From assembly GCF_000711695.1 (NCBI RefSeq), contig NW_013547019.1, forward strand, positions 248,001 through 312,000: a DNA stretch of 64,000 bases. Reading direction: 5' to 3'. Shown here in pieces: positions 24,721 through 34,779 of the stretch. A program made the translations under genes and the position numbers. The notes below the pieces were generated by a model. That model made no database searches, was not told the origin of the DNA, and worked only from the letters and a program-made list of their open reading frames with translations. Positions within the stretch are counted from its first letter, which is position 1, and every line of letters starts with the position of its first letter. Source of the stretch: Tilletiaria anomala UBC 951. Taxonomy: Eukaryota.

Positions 24721-25614
24721 ATGTTCTTCCGCGGTCTGAGCGCACTCGTCGCGCTCGCCAGCACCGCGTACGCAGCTTGCACCTCGTGCACTTCGTGCGC
24801 CAACTCGACGTCCACCTGCCAGGTCAACCGTCCAGGCGGCCTGATCCTGCTTACCACGTTCTGGGACTACAACCCCTCAACGGGCCCGGGTGACTCGTTC
24901 ACTATCCACGGTCAATGGCCTGACTACTGCAATGGCGGATACGGAAGCTCGTGCGGTGAGTATCCAAACATCGGGGCTGGGCCGTAAAGGTCTGCTGCTG
25001 AATCCGTGACGGATGGATGGTTTCAGACTCGAGCCGTGCCTACATGGGCATCTCGAGTAAGCTCAAGAACGCCGGCAAGACGGGCCTGCTGAACTTCATG
25101 AACAAGTACTGGGTAGACATCAACGGTGATAACGAGTCCTTCTGGGAACACGAGGTTGCCAAGCACATGACGTGCATCTCGACGCTCGACCCGAGCTGCT
25201 ACCCCAACTATACGCAGTACGAGGACCTATTTGACTTTTTGCAGACGACGACGGATCTGTTCAAGAGCTATGACATCTACGGCGCCCTCACAGACGCGGG
25301 CATCACGCCATCTTCGTCCAAGACGTACACGCTCTCCCAGATGCAGGCCGCGTGAGTTCTCCAGACATCAAGGCCGAATCCTTGTCGCTGTACCTGTGTC
25401 GCTGACATGCCGATGTTATTTTTGTGATAGCACCAAAGCTGCGTTCGGGCAGACGACAAGCTTCCGCTGCACATCGGGCAACTTGAACGAGGTGTACATC
25501 TACTTCCACACTAACGGTCGCAGTACGACAACCGATGCCTTCACGCAGGTGGCCCCGCTCGCGGGCGACACCAACTGCCCCAGCACTGGCATCAAATGGT
25601 TGCCCAAGAACTGA
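24721..25614 (+). CDS. Secreted ribonuclease T2, 3 exons
   Basis: Signal peptide; CAS I FTIHGQWPDYC; CAS II FWEHEVAKHMTC; LNEVYIYFH; CPSTGIKWLPK. Confidence 0.92.
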
Positions 25615-26559
25615 ACAAAACGGGAACACAGGGAGGGAACTTGCCGAGCGAGTTCCCGCTGACACCGACATGACCATAATGCACTGCAAATCACCATTTC
25701 CCCACTCTACAACCCCGCCAGGACGCTGGAAAGCTGCTCATTAAAAGGGGAAAAGGAAACGTACTTTAGATTACGAAAATGTATATATCACGTATGTAAC
25801 CTATTATTTTACCGTATATACGCTCGCGCGCAATGGGAGGGAGCAAAAGAGCGAGAAGGCTTGTAATGTTGTGAAGGACGGAAGGAATACATGACCGTGT
25901 ATTCAGCCCTGCGGTGAAGTGGTCCCCACCATAGGCCCATCTTCTAGCGTCTCCCCCTCTCATCCATGCTCGGCTATGCTATGTGCACTTGTGTGCTCTT
26001 AGGAATTGAATGAACCTACCCATGATCCCTGCCTTCGTAAAGTTCCTCTGCATCTCTGCGCATTAGTCTACTGTGAGCGCCGACGGATGCAATAGATTTC
26101 ATAAAAGTATTTCCATTATTTCGTCAACTGTCTACAACGGAAAAATTTCGTCGACATGCCACCAAAGGGCCGCCCCCACTCCCCTACCGAGCTTCTCCAC
26201 AGGATGATCGCAGCACTGGCCCCGGCGACGAGTGATCCAAGGGGGGGGGGACCGTACACCCTGGCAACATCGTTTGTCTGAACAGGGGCATCTTGGCTCG
26301 GGCGGACAAGGTGATCCAGGAGTACGATGATGATCCCATTCACTGCCCCAAATGGCTCAAGGAGGTGGCATTCGCCCGTCGCACCATCACGCCGGCCTAC
26401 AATCACCTCCTATTCAACTCCCTCGACCCGAAACTGACATGCTCGATGGGTCTAGAAATCATCCGCTCTTCCGATTCGGTCGACCGGCTTCTCACCCGAC
26501 GTGAGGCAATCGTCGTCCATGCCAGCGCGGTCGCCCGCCTCTGCCGTGCAATGACGAGC

Positions 26560-27129
26560 GGTATGCCATTTTCGCTCCTGGCGACATCTCGGGTGGTTCG
26601 CATGTCGAGATCAGCCTCGTCAGCCAAGCAGATTTGCCTCACGGTAAACTATCTATTAAGCACGTTGTATACCTCGCGATGCAGCTCACCTTGCTCCTGG
26701 TAACCGCTGTTGGCCCTCTTGGGGGACAACCCTGCCTCTGTGATTTAGTTAGAGATAGTTTTTGGCGTGACCTTTGCCTGGAGGGTTTGCGCCAAGCGTG
26801 CCGCCGCTTCGCCCGGATAGATCGCGTTGTTTCAACGGACGAGGTAGGTGATGACGTATCTCTAATCGGTCTGCCAGATCTAGGCTCGGGCTTGTCCGAA
26901 CTCTCAACCATCACTCTGACTTGTTTCAAGGCCCTCTTGATGGTCGCTTCTGATATGAGATACGCAGCTTCTCCAACAACTTATTATGTCTCCCTACAGG
27001 ATCCTTGCCACTGACTACTGTCTCTTTTATTGCTTGCGGCACGATTTTGCCTTTTCCATACCTCTCCTTTATAACAACCCTATCCAGGAAGGCACGAGCA
27101 TTTGGATTCAGGTGGACGGCGCGAGACAT
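26560..27129 (-). mobile_element. Degenerate IS630/Tc1-mariner-like transposase fragment
   Basis: Across frameshifts and stops: SEATIKRALK...RSGRP; IYPGEAAARLAQTLQAKVTPKTISN*ITEAGLSPKR (HTH); RQICLADEA (first DDE Asp). No TIRs found. Confidence 0.55.
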
Positions 27130-27952
27130 AGTGAGATACCGAACGATCACCAATGTACTTTCAATCCGCAAAATGTCGCGAGGATAGACTGAGATGAAGA
27201 CAGTCGTCCATCAGCTGATGACGTACGATCTTTGAGTCCATGCTCTCTGCGGCTTCAAGATGAACCTTTGAAGGCATGAAGCATTACAGCATGAAGAAAT
27301 CAGACCGGCGCAAGTCACAACTGGTGTCGATATGGAGCAACACCCCTTTCTTTCCGCCCAAGTTTCTCGCCTTAAAGAGAGAGAAAGCCGTCTAGGTCAA
27401 CATATTTCTTAGTTCTACGACAATTAGGATATTCGCTTGCATCTACCTGCCTGCCTGCTTGGGCGCCGTGCGAGGATGCGAACGTTGAGTGGGGCAACAG
27501 TGCGATCGAAGAATAAAACCAAATGCAGTGCAGCAGCGGAACCGCACCGGAGGAGACACCACCGTGCCGCCAAGTCTGGAGGGCGGCTAGAGACTGCTCT
27601 CATGCACAGACGGTGCACAGCGCAGTAGAAAGGCGAAATGTGGAGACTCCCACAACAATACGCTGTTCGCTGTTCTTTGCGTCGCTCTCCTCTTCCGCAG
27701 GTCTACCACGATCACCCCATCACGGCAGCAGCAAGAGCAGCTATCAAAGGCAGTTGTCATCTCCCTCCTGGCTTGGAGCGTGCATTCAATCCAACAACGC
27801 ACGCAACTGCAACCCTCCTCACTGCTGGCCAGCAGGGTGCAGGTGCCAAGTGAAAACCTCGGCCGAAGCACAAGACCGTTGGGTGCAGTCAGCGGTGGCG
27901 CCTCTGCTTCTGGGCTGTTTGTTATGCACATAGCCACTAGGCTGGCTGTAGC

Positions 27953-29547
27953 ATGTCCTATCCATTCACTGACTCCAAAGCCCAGCAGTCTTCCGTCTAT
28001 CCCTCGTACCCGTCTTATCCAACCTACCCACAGGACGGCGGGGAGGACGGATACGGTGGCAACTACAGCGACCACACCCGCTATCCGACCAACGAGTCCG
28101 ACCAAGCTGCGTACGCGAACCAAGCACAGCGCCTGCACCAGCGCAGCAACTCGCTCGTGAGCGACGCAGCTGGCACTGACGGTGACATGCATGGCGTGCA
28201 GGAAAAGGACAACGCTGGTGGCGTCCACGGCGCGGGAAATATGCACGCGATGCGTGACCCTTCGTTCGCATTCGGGCCGGGTGGTGTCGCAGCGCCCTTG
28301 GGGACCTACTCGGAGAAGAGCATCTGGTCCAAGGAGGACAAGCGCGCGTTCCAGGAGCGAAGCCACTTCGCCAAAGTCTGCGGGCCCATCTTTTGCGTTG
28401 TGATCCTCGCTGCCATCACCATCATCTCGGCAGTCTGTCTGGTGTTTGTCGTGAGTTCTCTCAAGAGCTGACACACCTGATACAGTCCCTCATGCGTCGC
28501 TCATGATCCCCTCCCTTTTAAAAGTTCGCTCGGCCACCAAACTTTGCGCTTGACGGAGCGACGGTCCCGGTGCCGTACGTAGATGCCACCAACTCGGCCT
28601 TTGGCTTTAACACCACCATCGACTTTTCTGTGTCCAACCCAAACTCGATCTCGGCGACGGTCCAGCACCTCAGCGCTGTGGTGAGTTGCTCGTCCCTTAC
28701 ATACATGCTACAGAAGAGCTTGCTTGCTGAGCACTTTCTTTTCCTGCAGATCACCACAAAGAACGTGCCGAACGTGACGATCGGTAAAGGCACGCTGAGC
28801 AACCAAAAGATCGCCGCCAACACCAACACAACGATCCACTTCCCGCTCAGCATCTCGCTGTATAACCCGACAGAGGACCCCAACAACGAGGCGCTGCAGA
28901 GCGTCGCCACGCAGTGCGGCTGGAAAAGTGGGAGCGGAAGCTCCTCCGGCACCGTCACTCTCAACATCAAGGCAAACGGAAAGATCTCCGTCCTCGGCAT
29001 CGGCATCGCTATACCCATCTCAACGACCATCAGCCCGGGATGCCCTTCGCTAAGCGCCATCGAGTCCGCGATTGGCGCGCTCAGCGGCAATTCCGACCTC
29101 AGCAAGATTATCGGACAGCTGCTCAGCGGCAGCGGGCGCCGCGCTTTGGCGCTCGCGAGCACCCGTGGCAGCACCACTTTCCGCAAAATTGGTGCGTCCA
29201 GTTCGGCGACGTTGGCCAGCCCAGCGACGTTGCCGCACTGGTTTGTGAACCTATTCCGGAAGGCTGACGTCAAGCTGAAGGGCTACCACGGCGGCGGAGG
29301 CGAGAGCCAGGCGCAGCCAGCGCCGGCGAAAGAGAGTAGCAAGCACCAACACCAACAGAAGAAGACAACGACTACTACGACAAAGAAGACCAACACCAAG
29401 TCGGTCCCCTGGTCTGCAGAGCAATGGTGGGGGTGGCGCAAGCGCTCGGATATCGAGGCCGAGGACGCCCAGATGCAGAAGCGGGAGCAAGTTGCCGCAG
29501 CAGCTGCTGCCGTTTGGGCGGACCAGGCGCACAGTGCGACGCTATGA
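27953..29547 (+). CDS. Type II membrane protein with an LEA_2-like domain; introns 28451-28524 (AAG acceptor) and 28681-28749
   Basis: TM CGPIFCVVILAAITIISAVCLVFV, then FARPPNF...FSVSNPNSISA...IGKGTLSNQKIAANTNTTIHFPL. Confidence 0.75.
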
Positions 29548-30010
29548 TACACGAAAGCAGCCTGGTGCAGGCTACTGCTGCTTTTGCCCCCTTGTTCACA
29601 CCCGCCTCTTACCCTGCTCTGTTCTCTCGCTGTCTGTGTGCCATGGACGATCTCGCAAAATGGACCAACAACGGACCCCTTGCAATGAACTGACCCTTCC
29701 TCTTCGGACCGCTCCTGGGCCCGTTTCTAGAAGAACCACTGTAACATAATCCGCGTGCCGCCCTTTTCTGTAGCATTTTCACACCCTCTACCCCCTTCTC
29801 GCTTTCTCATACTCTGCCGGCAAGCACCGAGCAGAGCGTGACAATGGAATAGCATGCTTTCAAAGTGGTTGAAACTGATGCTCCTTGGCTGTGTCCTGCT
29901 CCATCAGATTGCTGCTACTGCTACTGCTACAAATGCCCGCACATCGCATGACGCGTGGGGAGTGGGGTGGGAATTCATATATGGCCCACTCTGTCGCGCG
30001 GTGCATCACA

Positions 30011-32371
30011 TCACCGCTGGCGCGTATTCTTCGCTGATGTTGCCCCTGCCTTTTTGCGCTTCGCAGCTGCGTCAAACGCCTTGGCGGCATGAGCGAGCAT
30101 GTCTGCATCCAGCACATCCAGCTGCACACTTGCGCTTGCATCCTGCGCAGTCCCACGCGCCGTCGTCGTTATCGTTGCCGTCATCAGTGTAGGCGTCGAC
30201 GGAGGGGACGCTCTCGCAACAGCAAGACAAGACGACGACGATGCAGCAGCAGCAATAGGAGCCGAAGAGGCACCGCAGAACAAACCCGCACGTTGCATAT
30301 GCAGCAGATCCCCAACGATGCCTTGCGCATTGCCGTGCATCGCATGCGACTCAAATCGCGCGGCGAACGTCGGCATCTGCGCAATTGCATCTGGAAAGGA
30401 GGCGAGGAGCGACGCCCAGACGCGATCATGCATGCCCCTCCCGTCGTCGGTATTGTCTGCGGTTGCTGCTGCCCCCGCCAATGCGGCCGCCGAAAGCGGC
30501 TGAGGGCTGCTCGAGATGGGCGCCTCACCGAAATATCGGAGGAGCACCAAATGCAGATCTCGCGATCTTTGAGCAGGATGCAGGATCTCAAAGAAGAATT
30601 CGCGAATCGCGTTGTAACGCTCGGCAGAGAAATCCAACCGTTTGGCTTTCGGTGCGCCGCACTGCCCATCGAGCAGCGTGCGAAGTGTCTTCGAGATAGT
30701 CACCTCGCTCAAAAGCATGGGGTCGGCGGAGTGAATCCCGCTCCCCGCCGTTTCTCCTGGCGCTGGTAGCGCCCGTGCCTGCGCACATGCCGCTCTTGCA
30801 AGCGTAAGGAGGGGCTTATACGTAGCATGCCGTGACGCAGCTAGGAGCACAACCTTCTCGACGAGCGCTCGGTCCTTCTCCTCCTCCATCGTGAAGACGC
30901 GTAGCTCGAGCAGATCAGCGACGCTGTGGGCAAGCGCGCGGATCCTCCGCTCCAGCAGTCGAAAGCGCACGCGAGCCTCTTGCGTCGCTGATGGCATGTG
31001 AGACTTCTCCTGCATCTCTACGCTCTTATCCAGCGCGGCTGTCTCACATTTTGCCATAGCAGCTCGCTGGAGCAAGCTCCTAGCATGTGCTTGCCTCACC
31101 GCTGCCAGCTCCTCCGCAAGACCCGAAATCAGGCGTTTGACGAGCAGACGAGACGTAGAAGGCTTGAGCAGAGGGTCCGATGCGAGTCGTGCACAGACGA
31201 CTAGGTTCGCGCATGCGACGTTGAGCTGCGACAGTGTCCTTTCCTCCTGCTGCAGCTGCGACAGAATTGCATTGGCTGAGGAAAAGAGGAGCTCAAATAA
31301 CCGGAAGACGGCTGCACGTTGCAACCGCAGGAGCTCCTGCGGTATGCCACGTTGCGTACCGGGAAGCGCCGCAAAAAGATCGAGGTAGCAGGCCCTGGCG
31401 GCCTCGATCTCTAGACAATAACGCTTGTACGGAGCCGAGGAGCTGTGCACTGCCTTGACAGAAACACCTAGGAGTAGAGTGTTGATTTCCAGCTCGACTA
31501 ATGAAATATTTGGAGAGGAAGCTGGGCCTATGCGCTCGACCAGGGTCAGTGCCTCATCGCGGGCACGGGTCGACGCTTCGTTGGGTCTGAGGCGTCCTGC
31601 GAGCAAAGCTCTTGCCTTTTCAAGGATAAGGTTGTCAAGAGTCTCCGGTGGAATAATGGTGGACAGGCGATGGAACATCTGCGAAGGTCTGTGCGCTTCC
31701 CGACCGGGCGGCTGAGCAACTTGCTCTGATTCGCTTGCTGGCGGCGGTGGAGCAGGTGGAGCAGGTGGTCTCCCCGGGAGTCCGTATATGAGAGGAAGAC
31801 AAGCTTGGATGCTGTCTGAGTCGGGTGTGAGATTCTGAGGCGATTGCGACGGCCAGGCAGCACCAGCTTGACGCTGCCCCGCCACGTCTGCCCACCTGAG
31901 AGAGGGGGCTGCATGGGGTTGCAGCGCTCTACGGTCCTCATCCTGCTTGGCTCGGCGGAGTCGTTGCCATAATAGCGCCTCATACACTCCTTCATCGTGC
32001 TTTTCGTACGGGTGATCCGCGTTTGCCTCGATCGATGATGACATAGAGCTCTTAAAGAAGAGCTGGCCGCGGTCCTCATCATCTCGATGCGATGAGGATG
32101 CCCGTGCTTGCTGTTGCTGATGCTTTAGATTCTGCGCCTTCCGACGATGGCTCACGTGATGCTGACACGCAGCCGAAGATAAAGAAGCGATCGTCCTACG
32201 AGGACGCGCTTGCCGTGCCCATGATGGCACCTGAACATCCCAGACGGTTGTGATCGCGCCAACGCATGACTGTGATCCCTGTCGGGACGGCCCCGGGATG
32301 GATCGAGGCGCGGCGGCGGCGGCCGATGCTGAGCTCCGCTGTGGGAGTAACAGCAACTGCCTGGGTGCCAT
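30011..32371 (-). CDS. Hypothetical helical protein of about 786 aa, possibly mitochondrial
   Basis: Long uninterrupted ORF; R/S/A-rich N-terminus from MAPRQLL; L/A/R-rich body; no family recognised. Confidence 0.65.
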   Translation of the reverse strand: MAPRQLLLLPQRSSASAAAAAPRSIPGPSRQGSQSCVGAITTVWDVQVPSWARQARPRRTIASLSSAACQHHVSHRRKAQNLKHQQQQARASSSHRDDEDRGQLFFKSSMSSSIEANADHPYEKHDEGVYEALLWQRLRRAKQDEDRRALQPHAAPSLRWADVAGQRQAGAAWPSQSPQNLTPDSDSIQACLPLIYGLPGRPPAPPAPPPPASESEQVAQPPGREAHRPSQMFHRLSTIIPPETLDNLILEKARALLAGRLRPNEASTRARDEALTLVERIGPASSPNISLVELEINTLLLGVSVKAVHSSSAPYKRYCLEIEAARACYLDLFAALPGTQRGIPQELLRLQRAAVFRLFELLFSSANAILSQLQQEERTLSQLNVACANLVVCARLASDPLLKPSTSRLLVKRLISGLAEELAAVRQAHARSLLQRAAMAKCETAALDKSVEMQEKSHMPSATQEARVRFRLLERRIRALAHSVADLLELRVFTMEEEKDRALVEKVVLLAASRHATYKPLLTLARAACAQARALPAPGETAGSGIHSADPMLLSEVTISKTLRTLLDGQCGAPKAKRLDFSAERYNAIREFFFEILHPAQRSRDLHLVLLRYFGEAPISSSPQPLSAAALAGAAATADNTDDGRGMHDRVWASLLASFPDAIAQMPTFAARFESHAMHGNAQGIVGDLLHMQRAGLFCGASSAPIAAAASSSSCLAVARASPPSTPTLMTATITTTARGTAQDASASVQLDVLDADMLAHAAKAFDAAAKRKKAGATSAKNTRQR

Positions 32372-32717
32372 GGCCGCTTGCCTTTCCCCGTCGCTAACCA
32401 AGGAGCACGACGGTGAACCCGGACCTCATCTCTTGACCTCCTCACCGTGGTTACGCGCCCGTCGAGCAAGCCTTTGTGTTACTTCTTGGCACGATGTGTC
32501 CAACAGCTAACTTGATGCTCCAAGCGTCCGGACCAGCGGAAAGGGCCCCATGGTGTTTGGATTTACAAAAGATGATGTCGGTGATTTTATCACTGGGCCC
32601 TCGGCGTCTCACACTTTCTGATGCTCAGACTGTCGCTCACCCTGCGGAATTTATTCAGCCCACTCCGCTGCCTACACCTACCTGGCTTCGCGCTGGGAAG
32701 CATGCTCGCTGTGGTCG

Positions 32718-32975
32718 ATGGGTCGTACTTATTTGGCATTGCATCTCGTAAGTGCTTTGACTGCTTTCGCTAACGCAGAGCCTGTGAGTATGAACGGAAG
32801 CGACGTTGTGATGGCGGCCGCTGTCGAATGATGTGCGAAAAGAAACATAATGCTGACTGACTGCCGTCCTTGTCGTGCCTTCAGTAAATATCCTTTGCAT
32901 CCCGTGTGTCGTGGTCATCGGCGGCTCTTTGAATTGTTAAAAGGACATACATTCCTTAATTTCGAAAGGAAGTAA
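32718..32975 (+). CDS. Candidate spliced upstream ORF (41 aa) in the RPP0 5' leader; exons 32718-32747, 32779-32783, 32885-32975
   Basis: GTAAGT...GCTAAC..CAG and GTGAGT...GCTGAC...CAG introns; spliced product MGRTYLALHLSLKYPLHPVCRGHRRLFELLKGHTFLNFERK*. Confidence 0.55.
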
Positions 32976-33014
32976 ATCCCTCGTTACGCACAACTCTTTA
33001 ACGAAACAGTCAAA

Positions 33015-34418
33015 ATGGGTGGCACTCGTGCTCAGAAGGAGGCTTGGTTCACTAAGCTCAACGAGCTCTTCGAGGCCTACACCTCCATCTTCATCGTCAA
33101 TGTCGACAATGTCGGTTCCCAGCAGATGCACCAGATCCGTGCTTCTCTGCGCGGCAAGGCCGTCGTCTTGATGGGCAAGAACACGATGGTCAGGCGCGCT
33201 ATCCGCCAGATCATTTCTGAGAAGCCCGAGTTCGAGAAGCTTATGCCTCACGTCAAGGGCAACATCGGCTTTGTCTTCACCTCAGGTGACCTCAAGGAGG
33301 TTCGCACTGCCATCCTTTCCAACCGTGTCGCTGCCCCTGCCAGGGCTGGCGCCTACGCTCCGGACGATGTTACTGTCAAGGCCGGCAACACCGGTATGGA
33401 GCCGGGCAAGACTTCCTTCTTCCAAGCTCTCGGTGTCCCCACCAAGATTGCTCGCGGTACGATCGAAATCGTCTCGGATGTTAAGGTCGTCACTGCTGGC
33501 ACTCGTGTCGGATCTTCCGAAGCCATGTTGCTCAACATGCTCAACATCTCGCCGTTCACTTACGGTATGACTGTCGTCCAGATCTACGACAACGGCAACA
33601 CCTTTGAGAGCAGCGTCCTGGACGTTGAGGAGGAGGACTTGATTAAGCAGTTCACTTCTGGTATCAAGCAGATCGCAGCTATCTCGCTCGCGCTCAACTT
33701 CCCCACCATTGCCAGCGTTGCGCACTCGCTCGTCAACTCGTACAAGAACCTCCTTGCTGTCTCGCTTGCCACCGACTACGAATTCGAGGGCTCTAAGAAG
33801 GTGAGCTTTCTTCATTGTGATCGCTACATTATGAGTTGGATTGGAAGTGGACCAGTTGGCAAGGTGGCAAAAACAAGGGTAGGATAGCGGAGCTCAGTCT
33901 CAGTCGACGACCACGTGATGCTACACACTGAAAATTCGGATCGGCTGAAAAGCTGAGGACGAGAAGCATATGGTCGAGCATTCCGCTGGCCCTGAGGTCG
34001 CCACGACTGCTACCGGATGTGGGAAGTGGGAAGCGGGAATAGATCGGGGAAGGGGCAAACGGCGGAGGCACAGTTCGTTGCGGTAGAGTCGCCCATCTCA
34101 GGCTTTGTTTGCGCCTATGTGGATAGCCACCTCTTGAGTTGTCAAGTCTAGTGTCGTGTCTCTACACCGAGATGCCATTGCACCAGGCTTACAGAAATAC
34201 ACTACGTCGATGCTGACTACTTTGTTGTTCCCATTCCTTTCCCCCGCTTGTGATTCTAACAGGCAAAGGAGTACCTGGCCAACCCCGATGCATTCGCCGC
34301 CGCCCCGGCCGCTGCTGCTGCCACTGAGGCCGCCCCGGCTGCTGCCGCTGCCGAGGAGGAGAAGAAGGAGGACGCCGAGGAGTCGGACGATGACATGGGC
34401 TTCGGTCTCTTTGACTAA
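33015..34418 (+). CDS. RPP0: 60S acidic ribosomal protein P0 (uL10); intron 33801-34262
   Basis: [51 protein letters not shown]; Ala hinge and [14 protein letters not shown]-terminus. Confidence 0.98.
33908..34000 (+). ncRNA. Intronic box C/D snoRNA candidate (snR67-like LSU guide)
   Basis: Terminal stem CGACC/GGTCG; C-like GTGATGC (33915); C'-like TGAGGA (33954); D CTGA (33992); guide CACACTGAAAAT complementary to LSU AUUUUCAGUGUG. Confidence 0.7.
34051..34196 (+). ncRNA. Intronic H/ACA snoRNA candidate (snR32-like pocket)
   Basis: Hairpin 34144-34190 directly followed by ACA (34191-93); pocket GTGTC/CATTGC fits LSU GUGAUG-UU-GACGC; no clean H box seen, 5' end uncertain. Confidence 0.5.
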
Positions 34419-34779
34419 ATGGTTCACCCATCGCCCCGCGTGTGACCAGCTTGCATGTACCCTGTTGGCAATTGAGCCAGCAAGGCATGTATTTACTCTG
34501 CTCGCGCACAAAAAGAATAATACAGAGACATCTGCTCTGCCATACACGCAGCCTTTATCAGGAGGTGTCGCGCACACGTTGAGCTACAATCTGCGAGACA
34601 CTGAACCTCCTTGTTGTGTGTTTTGAGATAATCCAGCCTACTTAAAAGTGGAGGAAGAGCGCGATGGGTATGATGAGGAGTGCGAGAAGAAGGGCGAGCT
34701 GTGGGTGATTATGGAGCACCGGCAGCCTGACTGCCAGGCTGAGGGATGCGTTAATCTGGCCCACAACTCGCCCAAATCC

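Noticed and set aside
32571..32625. ATGATG...CTGA upstream of RPP0 resembling a C/D snoRNA
   Set aside because: Only about 50 nt, no terminal stem and no convincing rRNA complement; lies in the divergent promoter
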